Shown: piece after piece, positions 43,407 to 53,432 of the stretch
Layout of the letters: the number at the start of each line of letters is the position of its first letter
Position numbering within the stretch: the first letter of the stretch is position 1
Source of the DNA: Nitrosopumilaceae archaeon
GTDB lineage: Archaea > Thermoproteota > Nitrososphaeria > Nitrososphaerales > Nitrosopumilaceae
DNA: 64,000 bases
Reading direction: 5' to 3'
Assembly: GCA_965200155.1 (NCBI GenBank)
Contig: CBDATR010000010.1
Location: forward strand, 1 to 64,000
The notes under the pieces: generated by a model
What the model was told of the DNA's origin: nothing
The model's database searches: none
The model's input: the letters and a program-made list of their open reading frames with translations, nothing else
Program-made: the position numbers and the translations under genes

Positions 43407-43739
43407 TTAGCCTCGTCCCATAGCTGCATATTTGCCTGAGCGCGCTCGTACAAACAAGGCACCGGCAATACCACCAAAGACTGCACCTGCAATTACTGAA
43501 GCGCCTAATACACCGCTAGCGTCCAGGTATGGTGTTCCTGATCCCGCTCCGGGGTTATCCTGCGCAATCTGTATTCTGCTAGCCTGTATCCTTAGGACTT
43601 CCTCAATGGTGTTCGCACCGGTCTCACCGGCACCACCTACATTGCCCATATACTGCGCATATGCGGCAGAGGTTACACCTGACACGCCCATAACAAGAGC
43701 CATCAAAACACCAGCTGTTAACATTACTCTTCTGTTCAT
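43407..43739 (-). CDS. small membrane protein with signal peptide and C-terminal TM helix
   Basis: AYAQ cleavage site; GVLGASVIAGAVFGGI segment. Confidence 0.75.
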   Translation of the reverse strand: MNRRVMLTAGVLMALVMGVSGVTSAAYAQYMGNVGGAGETGANTIEEVLRIQASRIQIAQDNPGAGSGTPYLDASGVLGASVIAGAVFGGIAGALFVRARSGKYAAMGRG

Positions 43740-43879
43740 GGCATTATTTCTTGTACGTATATATTTAAATCTTAATTGTTTTTGTGGCGTGACCATTCAA
43801 GCAAATAGCCTTGTGCCTAAATGGAAATACGCTACTTAAACAATACACGCGTCTTGATGTGTTTGTCTTGTATCACAAA

Positions 43880-44608
43880 TATATGATGCATCTCAAAGGC
43901 ACGGTCTGCCTCCTCCTTGGTCGCCCATATCTTGGTTTTGTATTCATCTCTGTGAGTGACTCAAGGTCTGTTACAGATACACTAATGCCACAGTACGATG
44001 ATACCTTGGAATAGATAACTTTTAGCTCATGCGTATGTACGGGTTCTATTCCGGACCATACCAGTGCAGCTTTTAGGGCTTTCTATGCTGGAGTGATATG
44101 CCCATCCCGCTATTTGATGACGCGCATCAGAATCAGCTTCTGTTGCGAGCAGAAGATCTATGAGTGCATGCTCCATAAACACTGAACCGGACTCCATATC
44201 ATCGGTATGGTTCAAGTTGTATTTTAACATTTGATTACCGTACAACTCTACTCCTAGCAATGCCATTCTTTGCGCTGAGCCGCGCAAATGTGATTTTGTT
44301 TCCAGTATTGAGGGTGTTGTCACTATCATGTCTACATCCATGTTTGCACCGTCCCGGGTGTCATGCATACTAAGGCTTGCCACTTTTATGTTGGTGCCCT
44401 CATGCATTACAACCATGATATCAATGTCGCTATACTTGCCATGGATCCGAACAGTATGACCGATAGTGGGATAAAGTTTTTGACAATTCTGTCACAAATG
44501 AGTCGTATCGCACTGGTGACAGTGTATCTTCCATATCCTGCGGGAGAATGGTTGCGTATTGTACAGCTGGAGTAGCTACTGACTGTGTTTGTGGAATGGT
44601 TGCCATAT
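43880..44608 (-). pseudogene. second nucleotidyltransferase-HEPN pseudogene
   Basis: Paralog of 40275-41110 (SDIDIMVVM.EGTN, GVELYGN) with frameshifts; ends approximate. Confidence 0.7.
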
Positions 44609-44796
44609 CATGATTAACACAGTGGTGATATATTAGTCGCATCTAGAACAGCTATATGTGCCTAAATTTACGCACAATGAATCATGAACTCATCTAATCC
44701 GGCTTTGGGGAGGGCAGGATTGTGACTTACTGGTACACTTGACGCCTCTTCATGCTTGTGCTTTTAGCGTGTTTGCTGTGGTGATACTTTCTGGGT

Positions 44797-44879
44797 GTAT
44801 GAGTTTACGTCTTCCGGAATCGTGTGAACTAACTGTCACGATAGGTCGTGCATAAATTTAGACATATACGAACTCATAC
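44797..44879 (+). mobile_element. degenerate MITE family 1
   Basis: GTATGAGTTTACGTCTTCCGG...GAACTCATAC; 6/8 TSD match. Confidence 0.75.
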
Positions 44880-45179
44880 TTTTGGGCTATCTGCCTTGGC
44901 GCACAGATTGCTCATTCTACTACATGACTCCAGTATGTCCCCCATAATGGATGATATCTCTACATCATATATGCGATACAGGGATCGGCGACCCTGGCTC
45001 CTACACACGACTAACCCGCACTCCCGCAGTATCCTCAGATGGTGTGATATCAGTGCCTGATCCCTGTTGGCCCTCTGTGTGATATCATTTACTGACAGTT
45101 CCGCATTATTTCTTAGCATCCCCAGTATGGAGAACCGTGTTTCCTCGCATATGGTAGATAATAGTTCTAACTGATTCAT
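44874..45179 (-). CDS. arsR: ArsR/SmtB transcriptional regulator
   Basis: ISHHLRILRECGLV helix-turn-helix; divergent from arsC. Confidence 0.85.
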   Translation of the reverse strand: MNQLELLSTICEETRFSILGMLRNNAELSVNDITQRANRDQALISHHLRILRECGLVVCRSQGRRSLYRIYDVEISSIMGDILESCSRMSNLCAKADSPKV

Positions 45180-45220
45180 AAATTTAGATTTATATTAATA
45201 GAGATTTATATGTTTAATGA

Positions 45221-45616
45221 ATGGGGCAGGTACTATTCGTATGCGTGGAGAACGCCGGACGCAGCCTCATGGCTGAGACCTTTCTGAAAAAATATGCTCC
45301 CCATATTCAGGTATCTAGCGCGGGCACCAATCCTGCATGTAAGCCAAACCCCATGGTGGTGCAAGTCATGAGAGAGGTTGGCATAGACATTGATGCCACG
45401 CCCAAGGCGCTGAGTGCGGGCGCACTCCTGGAGTACCATACAATAGTTAACATGGGGTGCATGGACAGTGACTCCTGTCCCGCATTATTCCTGAATGATA
45501 TAGATAACTGGGGCATCCCGGATCCCAAGGGCAAGTCCATTGAGGATGTGCGGATAATTCGGGATTTAATCGAGTCAAAGGTCCGGGACATGACAAGAAC
45601 ACTAGACCAGGTATGA
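45221..45616 (+). CDS. arsC: arsenate reductase (LMW-PTP family)
   Basis: FVCVENAGRS, CxxxxxCP and W.IPDP motifs. Confidence 0.88.
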   Translation: MGQVLFVCVENAGRSLMAETFLKKYAPHIQVSSAGTNPACKPNPMVVQVMREVGIDIDATPKALSAGALLEYHTIVNMGCMDSDSCPALFLNDIDNWGIPDPKGKSIEDVRIIRDLIESKVRDMTRTLDQV

Positions 45617-46257
45617 GAATATTCGCCGCGGAGGCAGTTGGCACATTTGGACTCATGATTGCCGCTACCGGTTCCATAGTCTATGACGGGATGAACAATC
45701 AGACATACGGACTGGGTTTCATCGCCCTTATGCACATGCTGGGACTCTGGTTTCTGGTGTTCGTATTTGGCCGCTACTCCATGGCACACTTTAACCCTGT
45801 AGTGACGCTGGGTTTTGCCATTGCCGGTCACACAAGATGGAGGGCAGTACCTGTGTATCTTGGGGCCCAGGCACTGGGGGCCCTGGCGGGCAGTTTCTTT
45901 GTATTGTATGTTATGGGTAATTATGCTGATTTGGGACTAAATCGGCCCGATTATGCATACTCCATTCCCGTACTGTTCGGCGTGGAGACAATAGCCACCA
46001 TACTGCTGATGGGTTCCATTCTGTGTGCGGTGCGCGTGAAAATGGCTGCGCCCGTTGTGGGTTTGGTGGTGGGCGGGATGGTTGCCCTGGATGTATGGTT
46101 CTTTGGACCGGTATCTGGCGCCTCCATGAATCCCATACGGTCTTTTGCCCCGGCCCTGGTTACGGGCATTGTGGGGGATCTCTGGCTATACATGACTGCC
46201 CCTCTAGCCGGGGTACTTATACCCTCTGTCATTTACCGTATTCTGGACAGGCGTTAA
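45613..46257 (+). CDS. MIP family channel (aquaporin-like, probable arsenite channel)
   Basis: HFNPV and SGASMNPIRS loops. Confidence 0.9.
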   Translation: MRIFAAEAVGTFGLMIAATGSIVYDGMNNQTYGLGFIALMHMLGLWFLVFVFGRYSMAHFNPVVTLGFAIAGHTRWRAVPVYLGAQALGALAGSFFVLYVMGNYADLGLNRPDYAYSIPVLFGVETIATILLMGSILCAVRVKMAAPVVGLVVGGMVALDVWFFGPVSGASMNPIRSFAPALVTGIVGDLWLYMTAPLAGVLIPSVIYRILDRR

Positions 46258-46285
46258 ATGAGAGGAATTACTGTATCCTTCTATC

Positions 46286-46600
46286 ATGGATGAAGCGGTA
46301 CGGGCAAAACTTGTTACAATCGGCAGGCGCAGTGGCATGAATCACACGGTAATGCTGCGGGCGGTAATGTATGGTGGGGACTTTTACTTTTCACGCCACC
46401 GTCCGGACTCGGACTGGTTCCTTAATGCTGTGTCCAACCCACAAGTACAAATCGCATATGAGGATATAATAATATCCGGTACTGCCTCCAGGGTGGATGA
46501 TGAGGATATAATGAGTATCGTATCCAATCTCAAGTATCCCGGAGAAGCCAGGGCGCATGAGAGACGCGTCATGATACGAGTCCGCCCTGTTACTACATGA
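46286..46600 (+). CDS. deazaflavin-dependent nitroreductase-like split-barrel protein
   Basis: T.GRRSG and DWFLN...NP.V motifs. Confidence 0.7.
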   Translation: MDEAVRAKLVTIGRRSGMNHTVMLRAVMYGGDFYFSRHRPDSDWFLNAVSNPQVQIAYEDIIISGTASRVDDEDIMSIVSNLKYPGEARAHERRVMIRVRPVTT

Positions 46601-47231
46601 CATGTATGATGGTGCTCACGCCCCGCCGTTCTGTCTCTGTTCCATTCTCTGTCTCGCAGACTGTTATGGTGAATGATATTACATCCCGCTGATGACTGTC
46701 TGCGTGTAACGTGAGGGATATGTCCATATCATCATACTCTGTGCTTGATATGTCGCCGCTAATGGTTACCGGGCATGTAGATTCGACACGGAATAGGTCG
46801 TTGTGGAAGTGAAAACCCAGCCTGGTTTGCCGCCCCTCCCTGCCGGTAGCGCGTACTCGCACTGGAATGGCGCCGGGCCCGGCCTTGCAGTAGCCTGCGG
46901 TCTTGTTCACAAATACGCCTATGGGAAATGGCTTCCCTGCAGTAGCCTCGGCCATCTTTTGTATTCCGTCATTCATTATGACATCTATGCTCTTTATGGT
47001 GGTGCCTACCTTGGCTATCCACTGGTTGGTGCGGGTTATGGTGCCGTCTATCTCGTCCCGGCGGCTTGCATCCTCTTGCGGGGGCAATTTGTAATAGTCC
47101 ACCCATGCCTTGTAGTCGTTGGATATGTCCTGGATAAAGTCCATACACGTGATTTTGTAGTTTTGCTCGGATTGTGGACCATCATCATCTGATGGCAGAC
47201 TATCCATGGGCAGGGCCATGGTATGTGTCAT
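46593..47231 (-). CDS. hypothetical protein
   Basis: 212-aa ORF ending RRGVSTIIHV. Confidence 0.65.
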   Translation of the reverse strand: MTHTMALPMDSLPSDDDGPQSEQNYKITCMDFIQDISNDYKAWVDYYKLPPQEDASRRDEIDGTITRTNQWIAKVGTTIKSIDVIMNDGIQKMAEATAGKPFPIGVFVNKTAGYCKAGPGAIPVRVRATGREGRQTRLGFHFHNDLFRVESTCPVTISGDISSTEYDDMDISLTLHADSHQRDVISFTITVCETENGTETERRGVSTIIHVM

Positions 47232-47295
47232 GATTTACCTTGTTAAAAACGGCTCTGGTTGGAATGTACATCTGTCATGCAAGAATAAATAGACA

Positions 47296-48483
47296 TTGAG
47301 AAGTATAGTCTTGTTGAGCGAGCTGGTGCTGGATTCTGAGCCCCTGAACCGCATAATGGATGGCAGAAAAGTCAGCCTACAGGAATGTGCACAAGTGTAT
47401 GATGAGGCACTGAAAAGCCCACGACAGATATACGAGGTGGCATCGGCAATTAGGCATACCCACAAGGGCAGGACAATTACATTCTCCAAGAAGGCGTTTC
47501 TAAACGTAATAAACCTGTGCAGGGATACGTGCTCATACTGCACATACAAGGCTCAGCCCACACAGGACAAGCTCTCCATGATGGACAAGAATGTTGTTAG
47601 TAGTATGTTGGACTTGGCCAAGCGATACCGGTGCGTCGAGGCATTATTAGTCACCGGCGAGAGGCCCGAAGAGGTATACCCGGAAGCCCGTCGGTGGTTG
47701 CATGATCAGGGTTATTCATCCACTCCCGAGTATCTGGCATTTATATCAGAGATGGCCCTTCAGGCCGGGCTATTCCCCCATACAAATGGGGGCAACCTGG
47801 AATCAGATGAGCTGCGCAAACTGGCCGAGACCAACGTTTCAGTGGGACTAATGCTGGAGAGTACAAGTAATGGATTGATGGACAGGGGGATGGCCCATCA
47901 CTTGGCCCCCAGCAAGGAGCCCGGCGCCAGACTGAGGACACTCCGGGAGGCTGGAATCTTGGGGATTCCCACTACCACTGGCATTCTGGTGGGTATAGGC
48001 GAGAGCATACATGATGATATAGAGTCACTGATTGCCATACGGGACATGCATGAACGGTACGGCCACATACAGGAGACCATAATACAGAATTTTGTGCCAA
48101 AACATGATACAGCAATGAGGGTCGCCCCGGCTGCCGACACTGGCCGATTCATGATTCTTGTAGCGCTGGCCCGCGTCATAATGCCAGACATGAATATACA
48201 GATTCCACCCAATCTCTCGCCGGAGACGTATCAAGATTATGTCAATCTGGGCATAAATGACTGGGGGGGTATATCGCCTCTTACTCCGGACTTTGTGAAC
48301 CCGGAGTTTGGCTGGCCTGCCATACGAGAGGTGGAGGGCAGGTGTGTAGATGCCGGTTACACACTGCAGTGCCGGTTTCCCGTCTACCCTGAGTTCATGC
48401 ACATGTGTAATAATCGTCTTCAGGATGTGATGTATGCAATCTCTGATGGTGCCGGACTGGTGGAGGAGTGGTATTGGCGCTAG
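47296..48483 (+). CDS. cofG: FO synthase subunit CofG
   Basis: CRDTCSYC, PHTNGG, IQIPPNL and DWGGISP motifs. Confidence 0.95.
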   Translation: MRSIVLLSELVLDSEPLNRIMDGRKVSLQECAQVYDEALKSPRQIYEVASAIRHTHKGRTITFSKKAFLNVINLCRDTCSYCTYKAQPTQDKLSMMDKNVVSSMLDLAKRYRCVEALLVTGERPEEVYPEARRWLHDQGYSSTPEYLAFISEMALQAGLFPHTNGGNLESDELRKLAETNVSVGLMLESTSNGLMDRGMAHHLAPSKEPGARLRTLREAGILGIPTTTGILVGIGESIHDDIESLIAIRDMHERYGHIQETIIQNFVPKHDTAMRVAPAADTGRFMILVALARVIMPDMNIQIPPNLSPETYQDYVNLGINDWGGISPLTPDFVNPEFGWPAIREVEGRCVDAGYTLQCRFPVYPEFMHMCNNRLQDVMYAISDGAGLVEEWYWR

Positions 48484-49730
48484 CCACTTGTGCTGATGCA
48501 TTGTTCCGGGAGGTGGATCCCGTCATTGCAGAGATACTACAGCGGGCGCTGTCAGGCAGGGAGATAAGCGTGAAACAGGGCATGATTTTGTACGGTTCTC
48601 GGGGCATGGCTTTTCATTTAACGGGGATGGTGGCCGACCAGATTCGCCGTGACCGGGTGAGCGATGTCGTGACTTACGTGGTGAACAGGAACATTAACTT
48701 TACAAATGTCTGCATAAAGCAGTGCGGGTTCTGCGCCTTTAGCAGGGACTTTAGGGAAGAGGAGGGATACATGCTTCCGGTACAGGAGATAGTTCGCCGT
48801 GCACAGGAAGCCCGGCGGATGGGGGCAACGGAGGTCTGCATTCAGGCTGGACTGCCGCCGGATATGGAGCCGGACACATATGAGAGGATTTGTCGGGCAA
48901 TCAAGGAGTCGGTACCAAATATTCACATTCATGGGTTCTCTCCCGAAGAAGTGCTGTATGGTTCCCAGAGGGCTGGCGTAACCATACGGCAGTATATCTC
49001 GAGATTGCGGGATGCCGGGACAGACACCCTTCCGGGCACATCCGCAGAGATACTGGATCAAGGTTTGCGGGATACCATATCACCGGGCCGTATCACGGTA
49101 AGGCAGTGGGGGGAGGTGATACGAACCGCCCACTCTCTTGGTATGCGCACCACTGCTACCATGATGTTTGGTCACATGGAAAGTGTAGAGCAGCGTATAC
49201 GGCATATGGTAATGATACGAGATATTCAAAAAGATACCGGTGGATTTACCGAGTTTGTACCATTGAATTTTATCGCCCAGGAGGCGCCCATGTACAGGCA
49301 TAACCTGCATGACGGTATGAGTGCCGGTGCCGGGGGCACCGACATATTGCTGACCCATGCCATATCCCGTATAATGCTGAATAATATAACGAACATTCAG
49401 GTCTCCTGGGTCAAGGAGGGAATGCAAATGTCACAATTACTATTGAATTGGGGCGCCAACGACATGGGGGGCACTCTGATAAACGAGAGTATATCCACCT
49501 CTGCCGGTGCCACCCATGGTCAGCTGATACGGCCATCTCGAATGCGAGAAATCATACGGGAAGCCGGTCGCATACCCGCGGAACGAACAACCACTTATGG
49601 TATATTGAGGCGGTTTGACTCCAAGCCCGCTGTCAATGACCCCTTGGATGTTGCAGACTCCGCGGACTTTGGGTCGTATGCACAATTAATCAAGATAGAT
49701 AAGTTTCGGTACAGTAATCCCCGCGCCTAG
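48468..49730 (+). CDS. cofH: FO synthase subunit CofH
   Basis: NRNINFTNVC...CGFCAF, PGTSAEIL and GANDMGGT motifs. Confidence 0.95.
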   Translation: MVLALATCADALFREVDPVIAEILQRALSGREISVKQGMILYGSRGMAFHLTGMVADQIRRDRVSDVVTYVVNRNINFTNVCIKQCGFCAFSRDFREEEGYMLPVQEIVRRAQEARRMGATEVCIQAGLPPDMEPDTYERICRAIKESVPNIHIHGFSPEEVLYGSQRAGVTIRQYISRLRDAGTDTLPGTSAEILDQGLRDTISPGRITVRQWGEVIRTAHSLGMRTTATMMFGHMESVEQRIRHMVMIRDIQKDTGGFTEFVPLNFIAQEAPMYRHNLHDGMSAGAGGTDILLTHAISRIMLNNITNIQVSWVKEGMQMSQLLLNWGANDMGGTLINESISTSAGATHGQLIRPSRMREIIREAGRIPAERTTTYGILRRFDSKPAVNDPLDVADSADFGSYAQLIKIDKFRYSNPRA

Positions 49731-49743
49731 AGTCGCGCAAACC

Positions 49744-49921
49744 GTAACCGCTTGGGCCGCTCAAGATGTGTGCCAGCAAGTCGGGGACTAAATCCGGCCA
49801 TTCCACTAGCATAACAAGCATACGTTGGGGTCGCCGGTTACCATTCTGTACCGGTTTGCTTATGCTTACTGGTTTTTTGTCATGAAAACCCGCCTCGATT
49901 AGAAGCGACCTAAACGGTTAC
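49744..49921. mobile_element. MITE family 2
   Basis: TIRs; 9-bp flanking direct repeat GCGCAAACC. Confidence 0.85.
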
Positions 49922-49962
49922 GCGCAAACCTGTTAGCGGGAAATATGGGTCATAATCGTTTA

Positions 49963-50054
49963 GTATGAGTTCACGTCTTCTGTAATCTTATGTACAAATC
50001 ACATTAACTGTCGCGATCAGTTATGCGTAAATTTAGACACAGGTGAACTCATAC
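49963..50054 (+). mobile_element. 92-bp MITE family 1
   Basis: TSD ATCGTTTA. Confidence 0.95.
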
Positions 50055-50094
50055 ATCGTTTAAGCCGTCCCGGACTCAGTGACGCTTATTCCTG

Positions 50095-50186
50095 GTATGA
50101 GTTCACGTCTTCCGGAATCTTGTGCACAAATCACATTAACTGTCGCGATCAGTTGTGCGTAAATTTAGACACAGGTGAACTCATAC
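50095..50186 (+). mobile_element. 92-bp MITE family 1
   Basis: TSD TATTCCTG. Confidence 0.95.
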
Positions 50187-50287
50187 TATTCCTGCGGGGA
50201 CTCGTTCAATATATCGTCTATGCTTGCGGTGACCTAAACTTGAACGGTTACTATATCAGTCAAAATCAGGGTTCACCCGTGGTGGCA

Positions 50288-51706
50288 TTATTCATCTATA
50301 CTTGACACTGCAACCGGCGACGCGGGATCAGTAATGTCCATTATCTGGGCACCATCATCATAAGTGGCGGCTACCAACGCGTAAGTACTGTTACCCATGT
50401 TGAATGCCACAATACCATTGGCTCCCCATAATTCCGTAAAGCCGTCAGCATCATCAGTCACCGCGGCTATGTGGACCGGATTTGTGGGATCAGTAATGTC
50501 CATTATCTGCACGCCGTCATCTAGAAATGCGGTCACTATGGCATATGTCCTGCCATCTATGTCGGTCACCGCAATGTCGCCAGCTCCCCATAATTCCGTA
50601 AAGCCGTCAGCATCATCAGTCACCGCGGCTATGGGGACCGGATTTGTGGGATCAGTAATGTCCATTATCTGCACGCCGTTATCACTAAATGCTGCTACCA
50701 GTGCATATGTCCCGCCTGCTATCTCTGCTATTGTGATGTGATGAGCGCCATCCAGTTCCATAAAGCCGTCAGTGTCGTCGGTAACCCTGTTTGCTGGTAT
50801 GGGATATCTAGGATCCGTAATGTCAATTACTTGTATACTGTTGGAGTATTCCCCCGCTACCAGTGCATATGTCCTGCCATAAATCTCAGTCACCTCAATA
50901 TCACTAGCTCCCAATAATGCTGTAAAACCATTAACACCATTTGTAGCTGTGGCCATCCATACCGGATTTGTCGGGTTCGTGATATCCATTATCGGCATGT
51001 TATTACTATAAAACCCGGCTACAAGAGCGTACGTCCTGCCCCTCATCTCAGTCACCTCAATATCTCTTGTCCCATTCAGCTTCGTAAACCTGCCAACATC
51101 ATCTTTCACTGTAGCTGTAGGTACCGGGTTCGTCGGGTTCGTGATATCCATTATCTGCACGCCATTATCGTAAAACCCGGCTACAAGAGCGTACGTCCTG
51201 CCATATATCTCGGCTATCTCAATATCTCCAGCTCCCCACAATGATGCAAAGCCATCCACATCATCTTTCACTGTAGCTGTCGGTACCAGGTTAGTCGGGT
51301 CAGTGATATCCATTATCTGCACTCCGCTCCCATATTCTGTTGTTATCAAGGCATACGTCCTATTCGCTATCTCGAATACCGCCACATCACTAGCCCCCCA
51401 CAATGGTGTAAAACCACCCTCCACTGTACCTGTCGGGGCCGGGTATGCAGGATCCGTAATATCCATTATCTGCACTCCGCTATCCCCTGTTACCTCCGCA
51501 TATGCCCTTTTGTCTATATCGCTCACTTCAATACCGGACAAGTCACTCCACTCTCCCTGAACGCCGCCAATCACAAATCCCAGTGCCACTATAGACATCA
51601 CAACCTTGACTGTTATACTATCTGAGCCCACACTACAGTACTCATATTGATCTGTGATAAGTGTGGTGATACTCTTTTCAGTTGGGCGCTTATGACATTG
51701 AGCCAA
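50288..51706 (-). CDS. LVIVD-repeat beta-propeller surface protein
   Basis: About 8 repeats of TYALVA...GVQIMDITDPTNP; hydrophobic N-terminal segment; true start probably near 51600. Confidence 0.85.
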   Translation of the reverse strand: MAQCHKRPTEKSITTLITDQYEYCSVGSDSITVKVVMSIVALGFVIGGVQGEWSDLSGIEVSDIDKRAYAEVTGDSGVQIMDITDPAYPAPTGTVEGGFTPLWGASDVAVFEIANRTYALITTEYGSGVQIMDITDPTNLVPTATVKDDVDGFASLWGAGDIEIAEIYGRTYALVAGFYDNGVQIMDITNPTNPVPTATVKDDVGRFTKLNGTRDIEVTEMRGRTYALVAGFYSNNMPIMDITNPTNPVWMATATNGVNGFTALLGASDIEVTEIYGRTYALVAGEYSNSIQVIDITDPRYPIPANRVTDDTDGFMELDGAHHITIAEIAGGTYALVAAFSDNGVQIMDITDPTNPVPIAAVTDDADGFTELWGAGDIAVTDIDGRTYAIVTAFLDDGVQIMDITDPTNPVHIAAVTDDADGFTELWGANGIVAFNMGNSTYALVAATYDDGAQIMDITDPASPVAVSSIDE

Positions 51707-51751
51707 AACTGGCCAGATGAATCCGGGACAAGATCACTTGGGTCTAAATGT

Positions 51752-52678
51752 CTACACAAGCAGGGCGCTCAAAATATACGTCACGTATCCGGCCACCAGG
51801 GCCAAGCCCACGGGCCATCTTAGCTTTCCTGATCTGAATGCCGCAAACAGGACTAGGCTGAAGAGTATCATTATGGTATAATCTGTGAACGTCGCGGGTA
51901 CTACATGGATGCTGGCTATGGACGCGGAGACGCCTCCAATCAGGAGTATGTTGTATATGTTACTGCCTATGATATTCCCCACGCCAATGTCTGTGTGCCC
52001 CCGGCGTATGGCAATTATTGATGTTATGAGTTCCGGAAGGGACGTTCCTACCGCGATTACCGTTATCCCTATTATCCTCTGTGGTATGCCAACGGTCTCT
52101 GCAACCGCGACGGCGTTATCAACAGTAAGTATGGCTCCCGCATATAGTAATGCCACCCCGATGCCCATCAAGAGAAAGGAGCGCCCATATGAGGTCGTAT
52201 CTGCCGGGAGCGCCTCATCACTCTTGTGGGACTTTGACTGCCAGAATGTATAGACACTGAACACCCCGAGCATGGACAGAAGGATGACTCCGTCTATCTG
52301 GGATATTTGCCCGTCGGCAGATAATCCCACCAATAACGCGGAAAAGCCTACCATTATGGGCACCTCCAGCCGCAGGGTACGCCTGCCCACCACTAATGTA
52401 GTAAGGATGGTGGCTATGCCTATTACCATTCCAACGTTGGCTATATTGCTGCCCACTATGTTTCCCAGTATGATATCTCCATACTTTCCCGCGGCGGCCA
52501 CGCTGGCGGCCAGTTCCGGCGTCGACGTGCCATAGGCGACCACGGTCATGCCCACTACCATACTGGACATGCCAATACGACGGGCCACCGAGACGCCTCC
52601 CGAGACAAGCCAATTGCCGCCATAGCAAAGCATTATGATTCCTGCCGCGGTCAGGGCTAAGTTGATTAGAATATCCAT
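51752..52678 (-). CDS. Ca2+/Na+ antiporter (YrbG-like)
   Basis: Two alpha repeats GTS.PE / GNI.GSNI. Confidence 0.95.
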   Translation of the reverse strand: MDILINLALTAAGIIMLCYGGNWLVSGGVSVARRIGMSSMVVGMTVVAYGTSTPELAASVAAAGKYGDIILGNIVGSNIANVGMVIGIATILTTLVVGRRTLRLEVPIMVGFSALLVGLSADGQISQIDGVILLSMLGVFSVYTFWQSKSHKSDEALPADTTSYGRSFLLMGIGVALLYAGAILTVDNAVAVAETVGIPQRIIGITVIAVGTSLPELITSIIAIRRGHTDIGVGNIIGSNIYNILLIGGVSASIASIHVVPATFTDYTIMILFSLVLFAAFRSGKLRWPVGLALVAGYVTYILSALLV

Positions 52679-53252
52679 ATGATGGTTCTGCTATTACTGT
52701 CTTGTTTAAATCCGCCGTAGATGTGGCGTGCGACAAACTACCCTCTCATTCTTGCACCGCTATATCCTACTGCAAGCAGTCATGTGCCTTGTGATGTTTA
52801 TCCTGCCGCATGTGCCAAGTTCGTGATTGACACTCCTGTTTCCTCATTCAAAATCATTCTCATGAGTGTTGGATGGCACTCCTGAACCTCCGGTGGACGC
52901 GTGTAATGAGACATGGCCCCAAGGATTGAGCAAAAATCTATTCTGTGAATTACTCTTTGGATCCCGCGTCTATTAGCAGGTCCAGTATGTCCAACTCCAC
53001 CCTCAGGGATTCGTCTCCTATGGCTTACATTTCGGTAACAAAGTGTTCTGTGAATAGTGATATTGCCCCAAGGTCATCTCTTGACACACTAAGCGGTATG
53101 GACTCCCTCTCCCACTGGTCCGCTAGATTGCATTCCCGCTCGTATCCATTAATGCCAGTCTTGTAGAATGCCTCTATGGGCGACAGTGTGTTGTTCCCCT
53201 CACTGTATGCCCATGTCTGCATTATCTGGACGTACCTGCTCAGCAGTATGCC

Positions 53253-53432
53253 CTTTCTGGTACTATCATTATCATAGTATGGCCCCGAATGCTATGGTCT
53301 TTGGCATAGGTGACCAGTACCGTGCTTTCAGATACTGTCATTATCATAGTATGGCCCCGAATGCTATGGTCTTTGGCATAGGTGACCAGTACCGTGCTTT
53401 CAGATACTGTCATTATCATAGTATGGCTCCGA
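53253..53432. repeat. three 36-bp repeats with two identical 36-bp inserts
   Basis: Repeats at 53253, 53325 and 53397. Confidence 0.92.

Noticed and set aside
50120-50305. Small ORFs containing CTNHINCRDQLCVNLDTGELI or YEFT
   Set aside because: Translations of the 92-bp MITE, not genes
50320-51480. Regularly spaced repeats as CRISPR or DGR template/variable regions
   Set aside because: In-frame protein repeats; no reverse transcriptase and no adenine-specific variation evident
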